From the NCBI GenBank assembly GCA_030141605.1, contig JAQGDQ010000007.1, positions 1,661,173 through 1,725,172 of the forward strand: a stretch of 64,000 nucleotides of DNA, written 5' to 3'. This document shows positions 1 to 45,515 of the stretch, piece after piece. Source of the DNA: Tubiluchus corallicola. Lineage: Eukaryota; Animalia; Priapulida. The position numbers were made by a program, and so were the translations under genes. Positions within the stretch are counted from its first letter, which is position 1. Each line of letters starts with the position of its first letter. The notes beneath the pieces were generated by a model, which saw only the letters and a program-made list of their open reading frames with translations, was not told the origin of the DNA and did no database searches.

Positions 1-651
1 TGAAAATTATTTCGATCTTAGTTATGTAATGAAATGTCTCATAAAGTGCATTTTACATGTAAACTTTATACTGAGTAACACTCCTGAGTGAAAGCCCACA
101 AAGTAAATACTGAGATAAGTTCAACATTTATTTGCAGTTGTACAGTGTACAACGTTACCTACGATTACAATTGCAATTCCTGGTAATAGCACTGCAAAAA
201 GTAGCCCATGTCCAGTGGCTGTTTGTTCCTAGCTGCTTTCTTCAGTAATATTTGGATTTACTTACATTCCATTTCTTTCTTACATGCTTAGCATTACAGT
301 GGCTGAGTCATCATAATAGAACAGCTAACTACTGTGTAGGCTGCTGGGTGTCAGTGTGGAGAATCTAGGTAACCATTGAAACAGCAAGGCATGAAAATCA
401 TTAAACATGACTAATGAAGGAACATATTTTCGTAATTTAGTGATAAAATACATTTATTACCACTGGTATACTCAATCACTTGAAGCAAAATGTCTTCATT
501 CGTCTTTAAACATAACTTATCTGGATAAAAACAATCAGTCACAAACCAATTTTTTCTTTTTTTTACCTTTTTGACAGGGGAACTATTTATGAGTTGACTT
601 CATTAAGGAAAAATATAGTCAAAAAACCGATTGATTCAGAAAAACAATTAA

Positions 652-1325
652 ACTGGCCGTCTTAACAGCATTATAGGTCCCCGGGCAAACCAGTGCACAG
701 GGGCTCCTACATAAACAACCACTCACACGAATAAAAATGTAAATGGTCGATAAAATTAAACACATGGTAACTGTATTGGAACTTCCAACATGCTGCACAG
801 CAATGCTTAATCAACACAATATTTGAACAATATAGTATGAGCCTTGAAAAAACAGAAAAATTGTAAACAAATGTGCATAAATGATACATAACTGGGAAAC
901 CATACAAATGGAGATGGCACAGTATAAAATTAACATGAATTATTTAGTATTAATCAAGTATATTCAACACAAACATTTGCGAAATTTCTTTGCAGAGAAA
1001 TGCTTTATAACTGGCTTAAAGCCAATGGTCTTCATGATGTCATTTTCAATACACATGAGTGAAACTTAATTCAAACGCTGCTGCCTCAATGTGTTACAAA
1101 GCAGATTTTTTTTAAAAACTTCAGTCTTAAAAATGAAAGTCCTCTAGCATAGTTGGTTACCATCATGCACATGAAAATTCTGAGTGCAATTTCAACATTG
1201 AGAAAAACAGATTTCAATTATTTATTGACAGTAAGTCTCAACTCAACGTAGGTTACCACAGGGCCTCTATGCTCATGGAGCCACCAGGCAACTGCCCAGT
1301 GTGTCCATGCGTTAAGACAGCCCTC
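652..1325 (-). mobile_element. Degenerate, internally deleted hAT DNA transposon
   Basis: Imperfect TIRs (ctggccgtcttaac at 653; reverse complement agggctgtcttaac ending ~1324). Minus strand ~1215-975 translates, with stops and shifts, to SVFLNVEIALRIFMCMMVTN..SFLRLK..NTLRQQRLN*VSLMCIENDI..FSAKKFRK, the hAT C-terminal dimerisation region. Confidence 0.75.
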
Positions 1326-1345
1326 AATGAAAACAAACATATCAC

Positions 1346-32482
<31,137 letters not shown>

Positions 32483-34544
32483 CTATAATGTTGCTGAGTG
32501 GGGGTTAAACTGGTGCTTAGTCTTTAAAAATAAAATAGGTTTGCAAGCATCACAATATACTCCAACATACATACAACATACATGTCTCACATTTGCAAAA
32601 AAATTCAATGATATTAGTCTCAGCCTGTGAGTCATTATTAGTCCCCAGTGACGTTTTACATCTGAGGTATGACTAAACGCTTTCCTTTTCCTGTAAGCGA
32701 TTTACAACCTCTGTGTAAAACAGGATATGAAATGCAATAACATCGATGATGCACATAATTGCATTAAATAGCTTTAAAGCATTCAAAGTATGGCTCAACA
32801 TACAATTGCTTATACAGTAATACTTTATGGGCGATCTACACATTTAGTAGATCAACCCAAAAAACTTTAATAATTATTTTTGTATATTTTGCTTCTGCAT
32901 ATACTGCTCCTAAAAGCTGAAGAGGTATAAACTTGTGCGGACAAGGACAGTTAGAATAAATCAAGTTTCACATAAATTGCACAAGTTCCACGTAAACATT
33001 TAGTAACCAAAACAGAATGTAACCACAAAGGCACAACTTATTCTGCACTTTGTGAACACACCCTTGGGGTCTTGGGATTATATTGGCAAGTCTTACAGCT
33101 GAAAAGTTAAACTTTCAATAATAATGATAAATTCATTTTGAATAAATAGAGTTAAATAAAATTGATCAAGAAGCTACAATTTGTTGGCCACAAAAACTGC
33201 AATGCACTTAATGAAATGTCAATACTGAAATGCACCTGAAACCAAACTACAACCAAAAGAAAGAAGATTAGAAAAAAGTGGAACCTGAATCTGCACCAAG
33301 GACATTTGTATTCAGACTCAGACTCAACTTTTTCACACCTGCTTTCTTCCTGTCTAATTTAGTTTTAAAATTTCAATAATTGTGAATTCATTCCACCACT
33401 AATTGGTAATTCTAAAATTAGAATTTTAAATAATAATGTCATCAATGTATTTTGTTTAATATACACATGATAAACCAATTGTAGTACTTTTCCTATCTGA
33501 GTACATAATTAAAGCAATAGTAGGCGTATATATGATTCTTAATAAGATACCCTTAATATGCTAAGAATCTAGCTAGTTTTTTTCATTGTCCAATCTCATA
33601 CTGCATCTTGAACATTTATAAGCAGCTACATGACCGGAACAATAACTAAAATTTGCAAGTTTCAAGTATACCTTTTTATTTCTGACAAGCTGATTAGGGT
33701 CACATATTTCATGCAACCGTTTTGTATGAATCAGAACTGAAAGTGTTGCAGGATAGGCAAGGTATAAAGCAGGAAAGCAGATATTTTTTTTACATAAGAT
33801 ATGAGTCTAGAACTATAAGGATTTTAATGGCATTAGAAAATTATGCAAAAAGCCAAGACTTTTTTGTTTGATAAAAGTTTTATTTCACAAGTGAATACAG
33901 CCAGACCCAAATTATTTACAACAGAAACACAGAAAACTTTTTTCTTTCACAATACTTTTAAAATGTAACTGCTTAGCAACATGGTTGTCACATGGTTGTA
34001 AGGGAACAATAATGAACACTTATTAATGTACCCTGGATGCTTTTGGTTAAATAAATAAAACTATTACATATTATTGATGCCATAAACAATATAAACACTA
34101 ACCAGAAAAAATGTGCACATCTTCAAGTATTTTTAAGTATTTCAAAAAGAAAGCACTGATATTCTTTGTGTGAAATTAAGTATAAAATAAGTATAATGTA
34201 TGCAATATTTGTAGCATAAAAAAAAAAAGCACACAAACGTATAGACGATGCACTGTTTGGTCATAATAACCACAAGCATATAATTCGTCACATATTAATA
34301 GAGGGGTTTTTAAAAAGACAAAAATGAATATTTCAACTTAAAATCTAAAGAACTAAAAAACTTTACGGTATGATAACTTTCTAAATACACCTATTACATA
34401 GTGATCAAAAAATACCACTAAAATCATGTTTAGTAAAAGTCTGAAAAATGTTAGTTGCATTGCTTTCTTCTTAACCTTCAATGCTTAGTCGTACAATAGC
34501 AGTTACAAAGACTAGTCATAGAAATAAAAATCGTTTGTCATTTA

Positions 34545-37500
34545 TCACACAAAATTTCCCATATTCGTTGGCATTACTGGTTGACTAACACTTCGACTAA
34601 TTAGACCATCTTCGGATTTGCTTGGATACTTGAGAAATAAAGCCAACTGCGTTGTGCCCAAAACTGTACCCAAAAAGTTTGGAACCTTCAACAGTATAGA
34701 AAAATATGCTATATGTGCCCACCTATATAGAGTTTGACAAACAATTGTAAAAATAATAAAAAAACAGCAACTGTTTAACGTGTTTACAAAGACTACCCTA
34801 AAAGCATGTTATAATAATATTTGTTTATGACTAGGACGACTACGATTCTAATTACGGTTTTAAAAAGGCAGAAACCATAACTTTCAGTAAGAGCTCTTTG
34901 ACTCAATTTACTTTAAACGTAGTTTTATTGTAATATGACAGAGATTACCCTGTGGCTTGCACAAAGCAGTTTTACAATTGATAAAGCTGCTTGCCAATGG
35001 AACGTAACACTCAGAAGAGTGCAAACAATAACTGAACAGTCTGCTAGCTATGTAAACTAATACAATGGTTAGAAGTGCTTAGTAAGAAATATAAATTTCT
35101 GTACAAGTTTAAATACTTGCATATTAGTAGTTATATTTAAGTGTTGATTACCACGAAAAAGCAGATAAACGTGTTCATTTGTTGGCTGCATATGAATTTT
35201 AATATTGTATGGAATTAACTAAGTACACAGTTTGTTTAGTAAGATATCTCGAGCCTGGCGATATAAAGGGCAGCCAGTTAGAAAACAACTAATGGTTTCA
35301 AAAGAGGCACCACATCTACATGTAGGTAAAACAAGGGTTCCATCATTGGCTCAGGTCAAAGCTTACTTGAGAATAGTCAACCAGTATTCGCGTATGATGA
35401 ACAGCTAGTTAGAAAACAAATAATGGTTTCAAAAGAGGCACCACATCTACATGTAGGTAAAACAAGGGTTCCATCATTGGCTCAGGTCAAAGCTTACTTG
35501 AGAATAGTCAACCAGTATTCGCGTATGATGAACAGCTAGTTTATGGTCACCACAAAAGTAATAATTGAGGCGTCTGTTGAAACTCAAGTGTTTTTTAATG
35601 TAATTTAAAATACGATAAAGACGCACTATTACAAATATAGAGAGGAAGAATATTCCATGAATTTACAACAGAAACAAAAAACAAATTAGCAAACGAAGAC
35701 AAATGATGATTAAAGTTTCTAAAATCATCGCCATTGCGTACTGGATATGGTGTGACATAATTGACTTTTGGTGGCAATATATCACACAAATATCATGGAA
35801 CTAACCGATTGATAAGTTTGTACAGAAACATAAACTGCATGGATTAGGTTAAGACTTGCTACACAGATTGACTTTACTGGATCCAAACATTCTGTCAGCA
35901 CAAGTATGAGACGCATTTAACTGAATATTTTCAAGGAGAGCCATAAGGCCACTACTACAACAATTTGTCTAAATTTCTGACGTGGACTACAACAAAATAA
36001 GCAAAAGCAAGAAAGACCCATATATAAACTTTTATGAAAATACATTCTGATTGTGAAGTTTCAGAAAGTATAAATGTAACACCAAATACAAGTCACAGTC
36101 CAAATACCAAAAATAGCAGACTGCCATTAAAATACAATTTACCAAAATGATTTTTCCTCAAGACTGCATTTAAATGTTTAGACTCTGTTTACTTTATCAA
36201 GATGAAAAACATGACCACTGGCAAAATGTCAATTAGATATTACAACTTTCTTTGTATATGCGTAAAAGTACAGGCATACAAACCATGCTCGACCCTCTCT
36301 TTTAAGTTGAGTCGAGTTAATTTTTTTTAAATTTCACGTAAAAACTGATTGTGCCAGAGAAAATTTCTGAAGTTTTTTGTTTGTCCATGCTTACTTGTAG
36401 CACATCATGTGGCAGTTGCCACGTTGCATATCTGCATTTTTACTTTAAATTTGGTACAGATGTAAACATACCTGTACAAAGTAATCCTCTATCAACCAAC
36501 CATATATCCACCATTCTAGAGAAACCAGAAATGTGACAAGTGACAAATAAAATGACATACATTCCGTACTTTTTGAGCGAATAACTTTACCCTGCAAACA
36601 TAAATCATACAATTAATATTAATTGTCTAAAACCATTGCATGCAAACAATTTGCCCATGAACTCAAAATATAACAATGTATATGTTAGCATAGTATTAGA
36701 AGTGAGGTGCACTGCCTAAAAGCATGGTGCTGTTACTAGGAAGTAGCAATCATTAGTTAACAATAGAACCAAGGCTGGCCTTGATATTGGTCTTGCTATA
36801 AACATTCAATTGAGTAGACCCAGCCACTGAATTTTGTATTCTAGCTTGCAGACTTGCAGTGTACAGTACTGCATTCCAACTCTTCTTGATTAATGCATAG
36901 CATTAAGCACACTCAACTACAGGTGCTCTTTGTAAACTAAGAATCCAAAATTCTGAATACAACATGAAAACACAGTTCGATATTTGGTTAAAGGTGAATT
37001 AGTTCATAAACCAAGCAAAATGCTTTCAAATAGAGCATACACGGAAAATCAACAATTCACAGTTTCACAATGCATGTATAAATGACATGCTACCGAGAGC
37101 AGGAAACTTACTCAATGACAGAGTCTAATAATGGAGCTGATATTGGTTGGACCCTAACCTAGTTCATTGTCAAAAAAGATATTTCTCTGGGACAAAAGAG
37201 AGCACCAGCTAAAGTGCTTAAACATATTTGGAAGGGTAGCTCCTGACCATCCCTCAATAAAAATGTGCAGCAACCATGCAAATTTTCCTACAAGCTGAGC
37301 ACTTGCATCAACGCTTTAGTAAACTTGGCAATGCAGTCAATTTTTTGTACATTTATCATAAAAGCCCGCCATGTAACTTTCACAACCTTAGTTACAAAAT
37401 AGCTACAACAACAGTAAATTTAATTTCAATGTAAATTCTGACAAATTTACTGAAAAAGCTTGCAGTGCTTGCTGTCAAAATATGGTATTTGTGATCTGAC

Positions 37501-40500
37501 TTGAAATAAGAGTTTAACTCACAGAGTTAAATTTTTATTAAAGTAAAAGCGTTTTCTTCAGCTATGATCTACTCTTATTTATATGATATTTTAATTGCAA
37601 AGCTTTTTCTTTGACCAAATATTAATTAAAATACCATAAGCACGTCTCATGAATTGAAAATTATATTTTTTTCTCATAAATTTTTGCACTCAATAGTAGA
37701 TTAGTTTGTTAACATGAAAACACAAACACCGATACACTGTTATTACCTGAATGTTGCACATTAGGAGCTGGGCAGACAATTATCAAATTTTTATTGATAA
37801 AAAATAAATCTACCAAGCTACTGCCAACAGATAAATAAGTTCTTAAACTAACTCAGAAAATCAACAATCACAGCTACACAGTTCAACTGCTTAGATTTAT
37901 ACTCTTGTTGATACTTACCATAGACACCAAAGGAGATCCAAAAAAAATAACGCCCATCAAACAACAGGCTATTCCAAGCCTATTTAATGCTGTATAGTAA
38001 TCATTCGCAACATACTTCGTATAGATGAGCAAGGGAAAAACAACACCCGCTGCAACTAACAGTTGTTTTTGCATAGCAACCTGCAAAAAAACTTTGGTGA
38101 GCCACATTAATTAAAAAGTAAATACCGGGCCCTTTTTAAATGCCTTAACTAAAGCATAAAATGTTTCACAGCTGAAAATTTGTCGTCCAAACATTTAATA
38201 TTTTTACATAACATTTTTCAGGGAAATTGGTGATGCAGGTCATAAATGCATTCATGTTACAATGGATAAAACCTCTGAGATGGTACGGAATAAACGATAC
38301 ACCTGGCATGCAAAACCAGTACACAAAATTCATTGTCTTGGACAAGTGTATATATAAAGTACTTTGCAGCCACGCAAACCTGTTATAGGTAAACCATCTT
38401 GGCTAAATGTTAGGTACAGTAAGTTCTCGCTTAACAACTCCCCAGTCAGCAGCATTTTGTTTTAAACATTTTGCCACCTTCTCTCATTTAATAATCAATT
38501 TTTCAGTTTCTCGGCCTTACCTTAAGCACTGAAATTTTATTTGTTAAGGTGCCTCTTTATAAAGAAGCCACTATTTACCCAAATCACTGTGAAGATATTG
38601 CTGCTGTATGGTTACCTAGATATGCCTCGTCTGATAACATTTGGCTATACTATGTGAAAGTGTGGTGTTAATTGCTCCATTCCAAAAAAACAATGTATTT
38701 ATAATATTTCTCAGCAAACTGCCATAGCTAGCATAAAATAGAAAAGAAAATTTTTAAATCCACAAAACTGGACATTATATGACCATTTGTTCAATTCTAT
38801 CTCAGATAACTCTAACCACAATTTACAAAAATGCAGACCAATCAAAATGAGCACATAAGTGTAACAATGAGTAGGACAGCCAGGAAAGCCATTAACAAAA
38901 AGTAGAACAATAAAGACAGAGAAACTGTTACTATAATACAGTATTTAGATGACCATTTACAAAGTACAATGATGTGCAGGCAACTGAAAAACTTTTCGGA
39001 AACACCTCTGAGGTAAGTCCAACATGACTTCATCATCTATACTAATATTATTATTGATTGTTAATTTCGATTTGTTGTTCTATAAACTTTCAATACTGGA
39101 ATATACCTCTGGAGTATTTTAAGGTATTTCGCATTAAGACAATTTACTTTTAAAACACAGCATTTTCCTGCAATGCGTTAGTGTCCTGAATTGAGAATTT
39201 GCACATCTATCCTTTCCTCTGTTTTCTTGTTTTTTGATCATGTGCAAGAGCAAACACTTGTCTGCTTACAAAATGTCATTATTAATTGTAAGCATCACAA
39301 ATTTAAACATTCTAAATTAATGTAACTGACTTACTTTAGCAGGACACATGTAGTAGTAAAATATAGTGTAACATCCTTGCAGAATGGTACCAATCAGATT
39401 CACTAAAATGATAGTCCAATCTTCTTTCATAATTCCATACTTGAGCCATAACACAGCACTGAAAAAGAAAAAATACATCACGTTATATACATATATTTAT
39501 GGAGACGGAGCCACATTGTTTGTACATGTGTATTTATGTGAGAGAAAGAAAAGAAAGCATTATATATGATTTTTTTCCCACTTACTCTATATTACCAGTG
39601 TTTTTTGAAAAAGGTTTTCAGGTAATGACACCATTTGTTTTGTTTATGCTTGTAACTGAATATTTGATTTACGCCATATTGGATGCATTTATTCTGAGAG
39701 ATTTAAAGTAAAAACATATAAAAATTGTCTATTTGTTAAGATCCCAATGTTTCTGTGCGCACAACTACCCTAGTTAATAAAATAAATAAGATAACTTGAA
39801 CTTTTGCTTAAAATTATTAAGGTTGCTAAATATTTACACGGCGTTTACTAAAGGAAATAATTTAGTTTACAGTGTACACCTAATTAGCAAACCTAATATA
39901 CAGCTGTTTACAAATGAAAAGTTTACTTAGTTTAGTTTAGTCTTGTTTAGTTTGTTTTAGTTTATTATGTTTGCACTGTAACAGATGCGAAAATTTGCAG
40001 ATGTATAAATTTCGCTACAGTAGGCCAACTTAAATTGCTGCTGGGCTCTTTGCAGGAATGTGTCAGTTTTATTAAATTATGACAGTAGGCCTTCAGTTAA
40101 TGAAATCATAAAACCTTGAATAATGCTAGTATAGTTATGAGAGCCAGTGCAAGTTTAGTTCCAGAATGAAATGAAGTAGTTAATGAAAAGTACTGCCTAT
40201 TTTTGTGCCTTATTACCCACCCAATATTGTGACAGCAGATGTTAGTATGCATATAGGTTCATGTATAGGTTGATAAATAAGGACAACAATATTATTAATA
40301 GCATAATGCTTTACTTTCTCGTTAATTCTGTGAAATGAAGCAATAAATTTTTGTCGTCTCTGACTTACGACACGTTGCAAAAATACCACTTTACAAACAA
40401 GGCTTTAAAAGCCAATTTACATAGATTTAGCATGCACTTTTTTCTGCTTTTCAGTACTTTTGCTGAGACATGAATATAAAAAAGCAAATAGTGATTTCTT

Positions 40501-41512
40501 TGCCAAGAAGTTAACTATCAAAAAGCATTTATGCAAACTAAAAGTGAAAGTTTTCTGTTTAAAATAACTCTTAAAGAGGAAAATTTATCATTTTTACTAT
40601 TTTAAGAAGAAATTACCTACAACTATTACTCTGAAATTACATTTTGCTACCATTCATTAATTACCAACTCAATAGCGCTATACAAAATGATACAATGTGC
40701 TTTCGACTGCATAGCTGTGTCTCTAACAGTCTGTGTGCTGTGCAACATTGCCATTTAACTTCGCCTAACTCTATAATCAAATATCGTAGGAAGTTGGCCT
40801 TTCTTACCAAAATGTGCTGAATTTTCAGCACAGTTTACTGATATACAGTACTTTGTTCAGTAAGAAGATCTACATGGAAAAATCGAGCATCCAGGTAGGC
40901 CAGTCCACACAGAATAGGTACTAAACAGATTGGCAGCTTATTGCGATTGCACCAGCCCTCAACAGTTACACAATCAGAAAATTGCGTGGCTTGCTTGGAA
41001 AAACGGTTAATGCACAGTAAGATCATCTAATTACTTACTGAATGATTTAATTATTTTACCAAATTGATCAAAAGTATTGTTTCAGAACATATTCCTTGAA
41101 CTTACCTGAAAAAAATAATGAGGCTGAGCCTTTATATCATAACTGGAAAAACTGGTACAACACAGTAACTAACACTGCATACATCATTCGCTGACTCAAA
41201 ATGAAAATACTAAACTTAACATATTTTACCTTGAAGTAGCCGTAATGAATGGAAGAGGAGATATATCACCAGTAGATCCAATTCTCCAGATCTTTTTACA
41301 AGTTGGTCTAAAAGCAAAAATAAAGGTTTGGTTGACTGCTTTGTTAGCTAACAGCAATAACATTTAATCAGCTACAAAGCATTGCGAAATCTACCTCATA
41401 TAATACTCTCGTAAATTTTCTTTTATCTAGTAGCTTACATTCCAGTCAGAGCTAGACAAACAGTCGTTATAGTTGCCAGAAAACCAACTGAGTCTGTCAG
41501 TGTGAGAGTCAT
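34545..41512 (-). CDS. SLC50A1: SWEET1-type sugar transporter (MtN3/saliva family), 6 coding exons, 232 aa
   Basis: Exons 41512-41439, 41307-41230, 39458-39335, 38080-37919, 36591-36472, 34685-34545 (699 nt, all GT-AG). Motifs GSTGDISPLPF, LWLKYG..D..IILVNLIG, FFGSPL, VIRSKSTECMSF, WWIYG..IED, PNFLG..QLALFLKYP form two MtN3 repeats. Confidence 0.93.
35050..35830 (-). mobile_element. CR1-like LINE 3' fragment in SWEET intron 5
   Basis: FFVSVVNSWNILP..SLSYFK followed by a degenerate CRCG..ETI..F...CPLY zinc-finger-like segment. Boundaries approximate. Confidence 0.6.
35271..35541. repeat. 131-bp tandem duplication
   Basis: Near-identical units start at 35271 and 35402, bounded by cagc(c/t)agtt, which recurs at 35533. 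Confidence 0.93.
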
Positions 41513-42073
41513 TTCTCCTAGTCCTGTGACTGACAAATATATTCAGTTCTACATTGATTACCTGAAAATGCAAAAACAACTGTATATTAGAAAAGGAGAC
41601 AGCTAGCAGAAGTGTTATTTCCTAGATAGATAAACAAATGCACAAAAACGAAAACGAGTTACTTCAAATATAGGTAAATCAGCTAAAACACTGATTACCT
41701 TCCTCGTAAATGCCAAAACAAATGATGTTTGTCCAAAGGTTCAATTTGTCAGGCAAACAGGTTCAGTGTTATGAAGCAAGCAAATTCGATTCAAACTATA
41801 ACTCGAGGTCTTGCTGAACTCAAGTTCGTGGATAGAAAAAAAAATGACGTGAACGCCGCCCTTTTGAAATGAAGGCAAATCGAACTCTGTTAGTCTGTAC
41901 AGGTTTCATTCCAATATATTCCTATAAAGTTTCATGATGATCCGTTGTGAATTATTGCAGGCTTAGGCTTTTCTCTAAAATGATGTTATTGCTGCCATCT
42001 AGAATTCAAATTGGCAATTCAAAAATACGACTCTGTCATTTGTTGTTGAATCCATTCTAGTATACACTCATAT

Positions 42074-42128
42074 ATGCCAATGTACATTGCATGTATTTTC
42101 GCAAATAAAACTGAAATGAATTGAAATT
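42074..42128 (+). mobile_element. Very short 3'-tail copy of the LINE at 43265-45052
   Basis: tgccaatgtacattgcatgtattttcgcaaataaaac..gaattgaa matches the terminus at ~44997-45052. Confidence 0.65.
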
Positions 42129-43039
42129 TATAATTTACCCACTTTTACAAAGCTACCCAATTGGTCTTTCGCTACCCTTTCTCCTGCACCCCCCCCCCCT
42201 TAACTCTTTCCTTTATGCTTAATTTATCCTTTTTAATCAATAACTAAAAAAATAATACTATCAATTTGTATACAGGTGTAAATGAGGAGATAAATAAAAA
42301 TGTCTATGTCTACCAACTTTTTCATTCATTAAATAAATTGAAATAATAAGAGAACATCTGCTCACATAAATAATCACAAATTCATTAGTTAAGTAGCAAA
42401 CATGTCTTTAACTAACTTTAATTGACATGTTACAGGCTGTCGGGAGTGGAGTAGGATACAAGCCAAAGTAGGACAGTTGCCGTACATCTACGTAGGGCTA
42501 GCCTAATTAGCATGCGTCGTATGTGGCTGCACAAGTAGAACACTAGAGACAGTCACTTATTGAGTCCTTAAACCATAGTGGCAACGTCCGTTGTCCTTGT
42601 TTATTTAATAATAATAATTGAAAATGTCAACACATCATACAATTCATTATACATCTGCTGAAATAAAAGAATCTTATTCTGAGCTAGTCTAACGAGCAAT
42701 ATTAAATTTGTCTTTGGGATTAATCTTTTTGAAGTGAAAATAAGCCCGTTTTTAGGCGATTCCAACATTTTTTATTTTGTCTCACTACGTGAACAATATA
42801 TATGTTTTTGATGTTGCAAACTGGCACTTTTAATTGATGTCAGGCTGCTTGCCGATTTGGTGAAGACGATCAAGTGTATATCCACTGTATGATGCCAAAC
42901 TGACGGAAACTAACTCAACAAGCCCAATTTTTAATAAAATGAAGAAACTTTCACAGAGTCTTTAAAAATTTGACAAAATACTTGTTGACATATCCATATC
43001 CAATGTTAAGGCTAGAAGTAGATTCATGGATCATCTGTA

Positions 43040-43190
43040 ATGCCTGTTCTCTACTGGTATTAGTGTTGTATGGTACAAGAATTTTTTTCTGATTCCACTC
43101 ATATTTTGTTTGAATTCATTTATTGATTTAGATGCTATAGTTTTGCTGCTTAGACCATTCCAACTGTTTACTACTCGGTTGCTAAAGTCA
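43040..43190 (-). mobile_element. CR1 ORF2 3'-end fragment
   Basis: Minus strand translates FDFSNRVVNSWNGLSSKTIASKSINEFK, the conserved CR1 C-terminal motif. Confidence 0.65.
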
Positions 43191-43264
43191 AAAGAGTGAA
43201 AGAAATTGCTAGTGCTCTACATGGGATGCCCATGCACGACACTAGTTTTCCACAAATTTAGCGC

Positions 43265-45052
43265 ATGTGCTCTAACAGATCTAGAGAGGGCCTCCAAAAA
43301 TGTATTGATGAACTTTCACAGTATGCCACACAAAACCACCTAAAAATCAACTACAAAAAAGCGAAAATAGTGGCATTTGGAAAAAGGCTGCCATTATATA
43401 CCACCTTCCAGATGAAAGCAGAAACACTAAAGAATGAAAAACATATTAAATATCTCACCAATACAGGAATACACAACAAACATGTAGAAACAGTGAGAAA
43501 CCACAGCATTGGAACTCTTTTTAAAGTAAAAGCTCTAATATTTAATAGTAATTTCCCATTGAGTTTACTAATTTTCTTATTTAAGACATTAATAGTCCCT
43601 TTTGCAATATACGGTTGCGAAATTTTGACAAATGCTTACGTAGAAAAACTAAATAAAATTAACAGCAATGACACTGAGAAACTTCTACAAATATGGAATC
43701 AATTCCCATTCGACAATGTCCAAAATAAAGTTCACAAAATGGGTAATAGGAGTAAAGACAACAGCATGTAATATTGCCTACAAGGCTGAACTGGCTTTAT
43801 ATCCTCTCCTCATCGCAGCAGCAAAAAGATCATACAAATTTGGCTTGACTGCTGCCCACAAACCTAGAAAGGCTATATTTAACACCATCTTCCCGTCTCT
43901 GAATCATACAGCTCTATTGTCGCCCACATGGCAACCTAACCCAAGCTATGCATCAGAATATGAGAATGAATCAATGACAATAGCACAGAATGTCAAAAAA
44001 ACCTGAACAAAATTCTAAAAACGGGATATGAAAATATATTTTTTAGCGAAATTCATAATGGTGATAGGAAAAAGGGAGGCAGTAACAAGCTCAGATTTTA
44101 CAGGGGGTTAAAATACAAAATGGAGCCTTACCTAAACACTATTAGGGACAACAATCATAGACAAGCTATCACTAAACTCTGAGTGAGTGATCATGATTTA
44201 GAAATCGAACATGCTTGTTATACCAAAACACCTGAACAAGAACGAATATGCAATTATTGCACAACCTCCTGACCTAAAAAACATGAAATAGAAGATGAAA
44301 TACACTTTATTTATGACTGCTCACTTTTTCTTGAAAATAAAACAAATTATGAAATTAAACTTCACAGTCTAAATTTTTCTCTAGATGTGGCTGTTTAACA
44401 GCAATGTTCAAAAGGATATAATTCCTTTTGGAGAATATATATTTAAAAACTTCTAAATAAGAAAAACAAAAAGCTAACACTGGCTACACCTTGTTGAACC
44501 TTCTCAATGGAAACTCAACTACTCAAGAGTTGAGACTTTTTAATATCTAGTTATAATTTTGTATTGCATAATGTATAGCTGCTAATTGTTTTTAATAATG
44601 TTTTGTTTGTTTTTTGTAGGCTTCGCTCTTAGTACAGTTTCTTTGTTTTTCATAGGTTTTCTGGTTACAGTCGATACATCTATAACATCAATGCAAGAAA
44701 CTTTTGGCAACAACTCCAGTTCCTAGGGAAGAAGAAATCAGCAGTTTGGCAGCAGACTCTAACCAAATTATTTTCAACTCTATGTTATTTTTTATAATCT
44801 TTCATTTAAAAAGCTGGTACAAATACCTACTATTTTTAAGTCATTTTTCTTTTTTCATTGCTAAATTATACAATTTTTATATAACTGTGACTTTAGTATC
44901 AGTATGCCGTATCCTAACATTTGTCTATGAAAAAAACTTTACACACAGCCTATTATGATTTCTTCGGTTTATGTAGTATTTAACGTGTATTGCTTTTGCC
45001 AATGTACATTGTATGTATTTGTGCAAATAAAACCAGATTAAATTGAATTGAA
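43265..45052 (+). mobile_element. 5'-truncated, decayed LINE (RTE-X-like) with 7-bp TSD
   Basis: GLQKCIDEL..LKINYKK, LFKTLIVP..YGCE, AELALYPL, then broken KLRFY..EPYL..SDHDLEIE..ERICNYC..IEDEIHF..C. Ends with AATAAA and (AATTG)n. TTAGCGC at 43258-43264 and 45053-45059. Confidence 0.8.
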
Positions 45053-45515
45053 TTAGCGCTATTTGGCCTACTAGTGGCGTACTCCGCGCTCTGCATGGGC
45101 AACTCCATAATTAACGCGATACGTTGCCCTAATCGGTTTGGTTTGACTATATACTACACCGAAGATCGTTGCCATTGCTAAACTTCAGTGAGCACATGGT
45201 TTCAGATTTAATGGCGAAAAGGGACCGATTAGCCCTGATATTGTATTTCTAGTGCTTGTTGGACTAACTGGTAAGCTAGTGTTTGGTTGTTTTTTTCAGG
45301 GGTACGAGATTTCGTTTGGCGATTGCCTGTCCAATGACTACGGAGAGCGAAACTGTCAAATATTTTCGATACATAAACAATATGTGAAAATATTTTTTTT
45401 TAAATTGCATGACCTCCCTCTATCTGCGATGGTGCCACTATATACTTTCTCAGTTCTAATATCCGTCTCTGGATTATGGATAAAGTCTTAAATGTGATAA
45501 TATTTTTTTAAATTG

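Larger units (their letters stand above)
42437..45095. mobile_element. Non-autonomous TIR DNA transposon, copy 1, interrupted by LINE fragments
   Basis: First ~340 bp align with 45518-45850. The right end is split by the LINE: aaatttagcgc|LINE|ttagcgc..ctagtggcgtactcc. Confidence 0.65.

Noticed and set aside
37113-37260. Possible alternative SWEET exon (ELPFQICLSTLAGALFC) ending at a gtaagt donor
   Set aside because: In-frame stop and no good acceptor; the true exon 5 is at 36591-36472.
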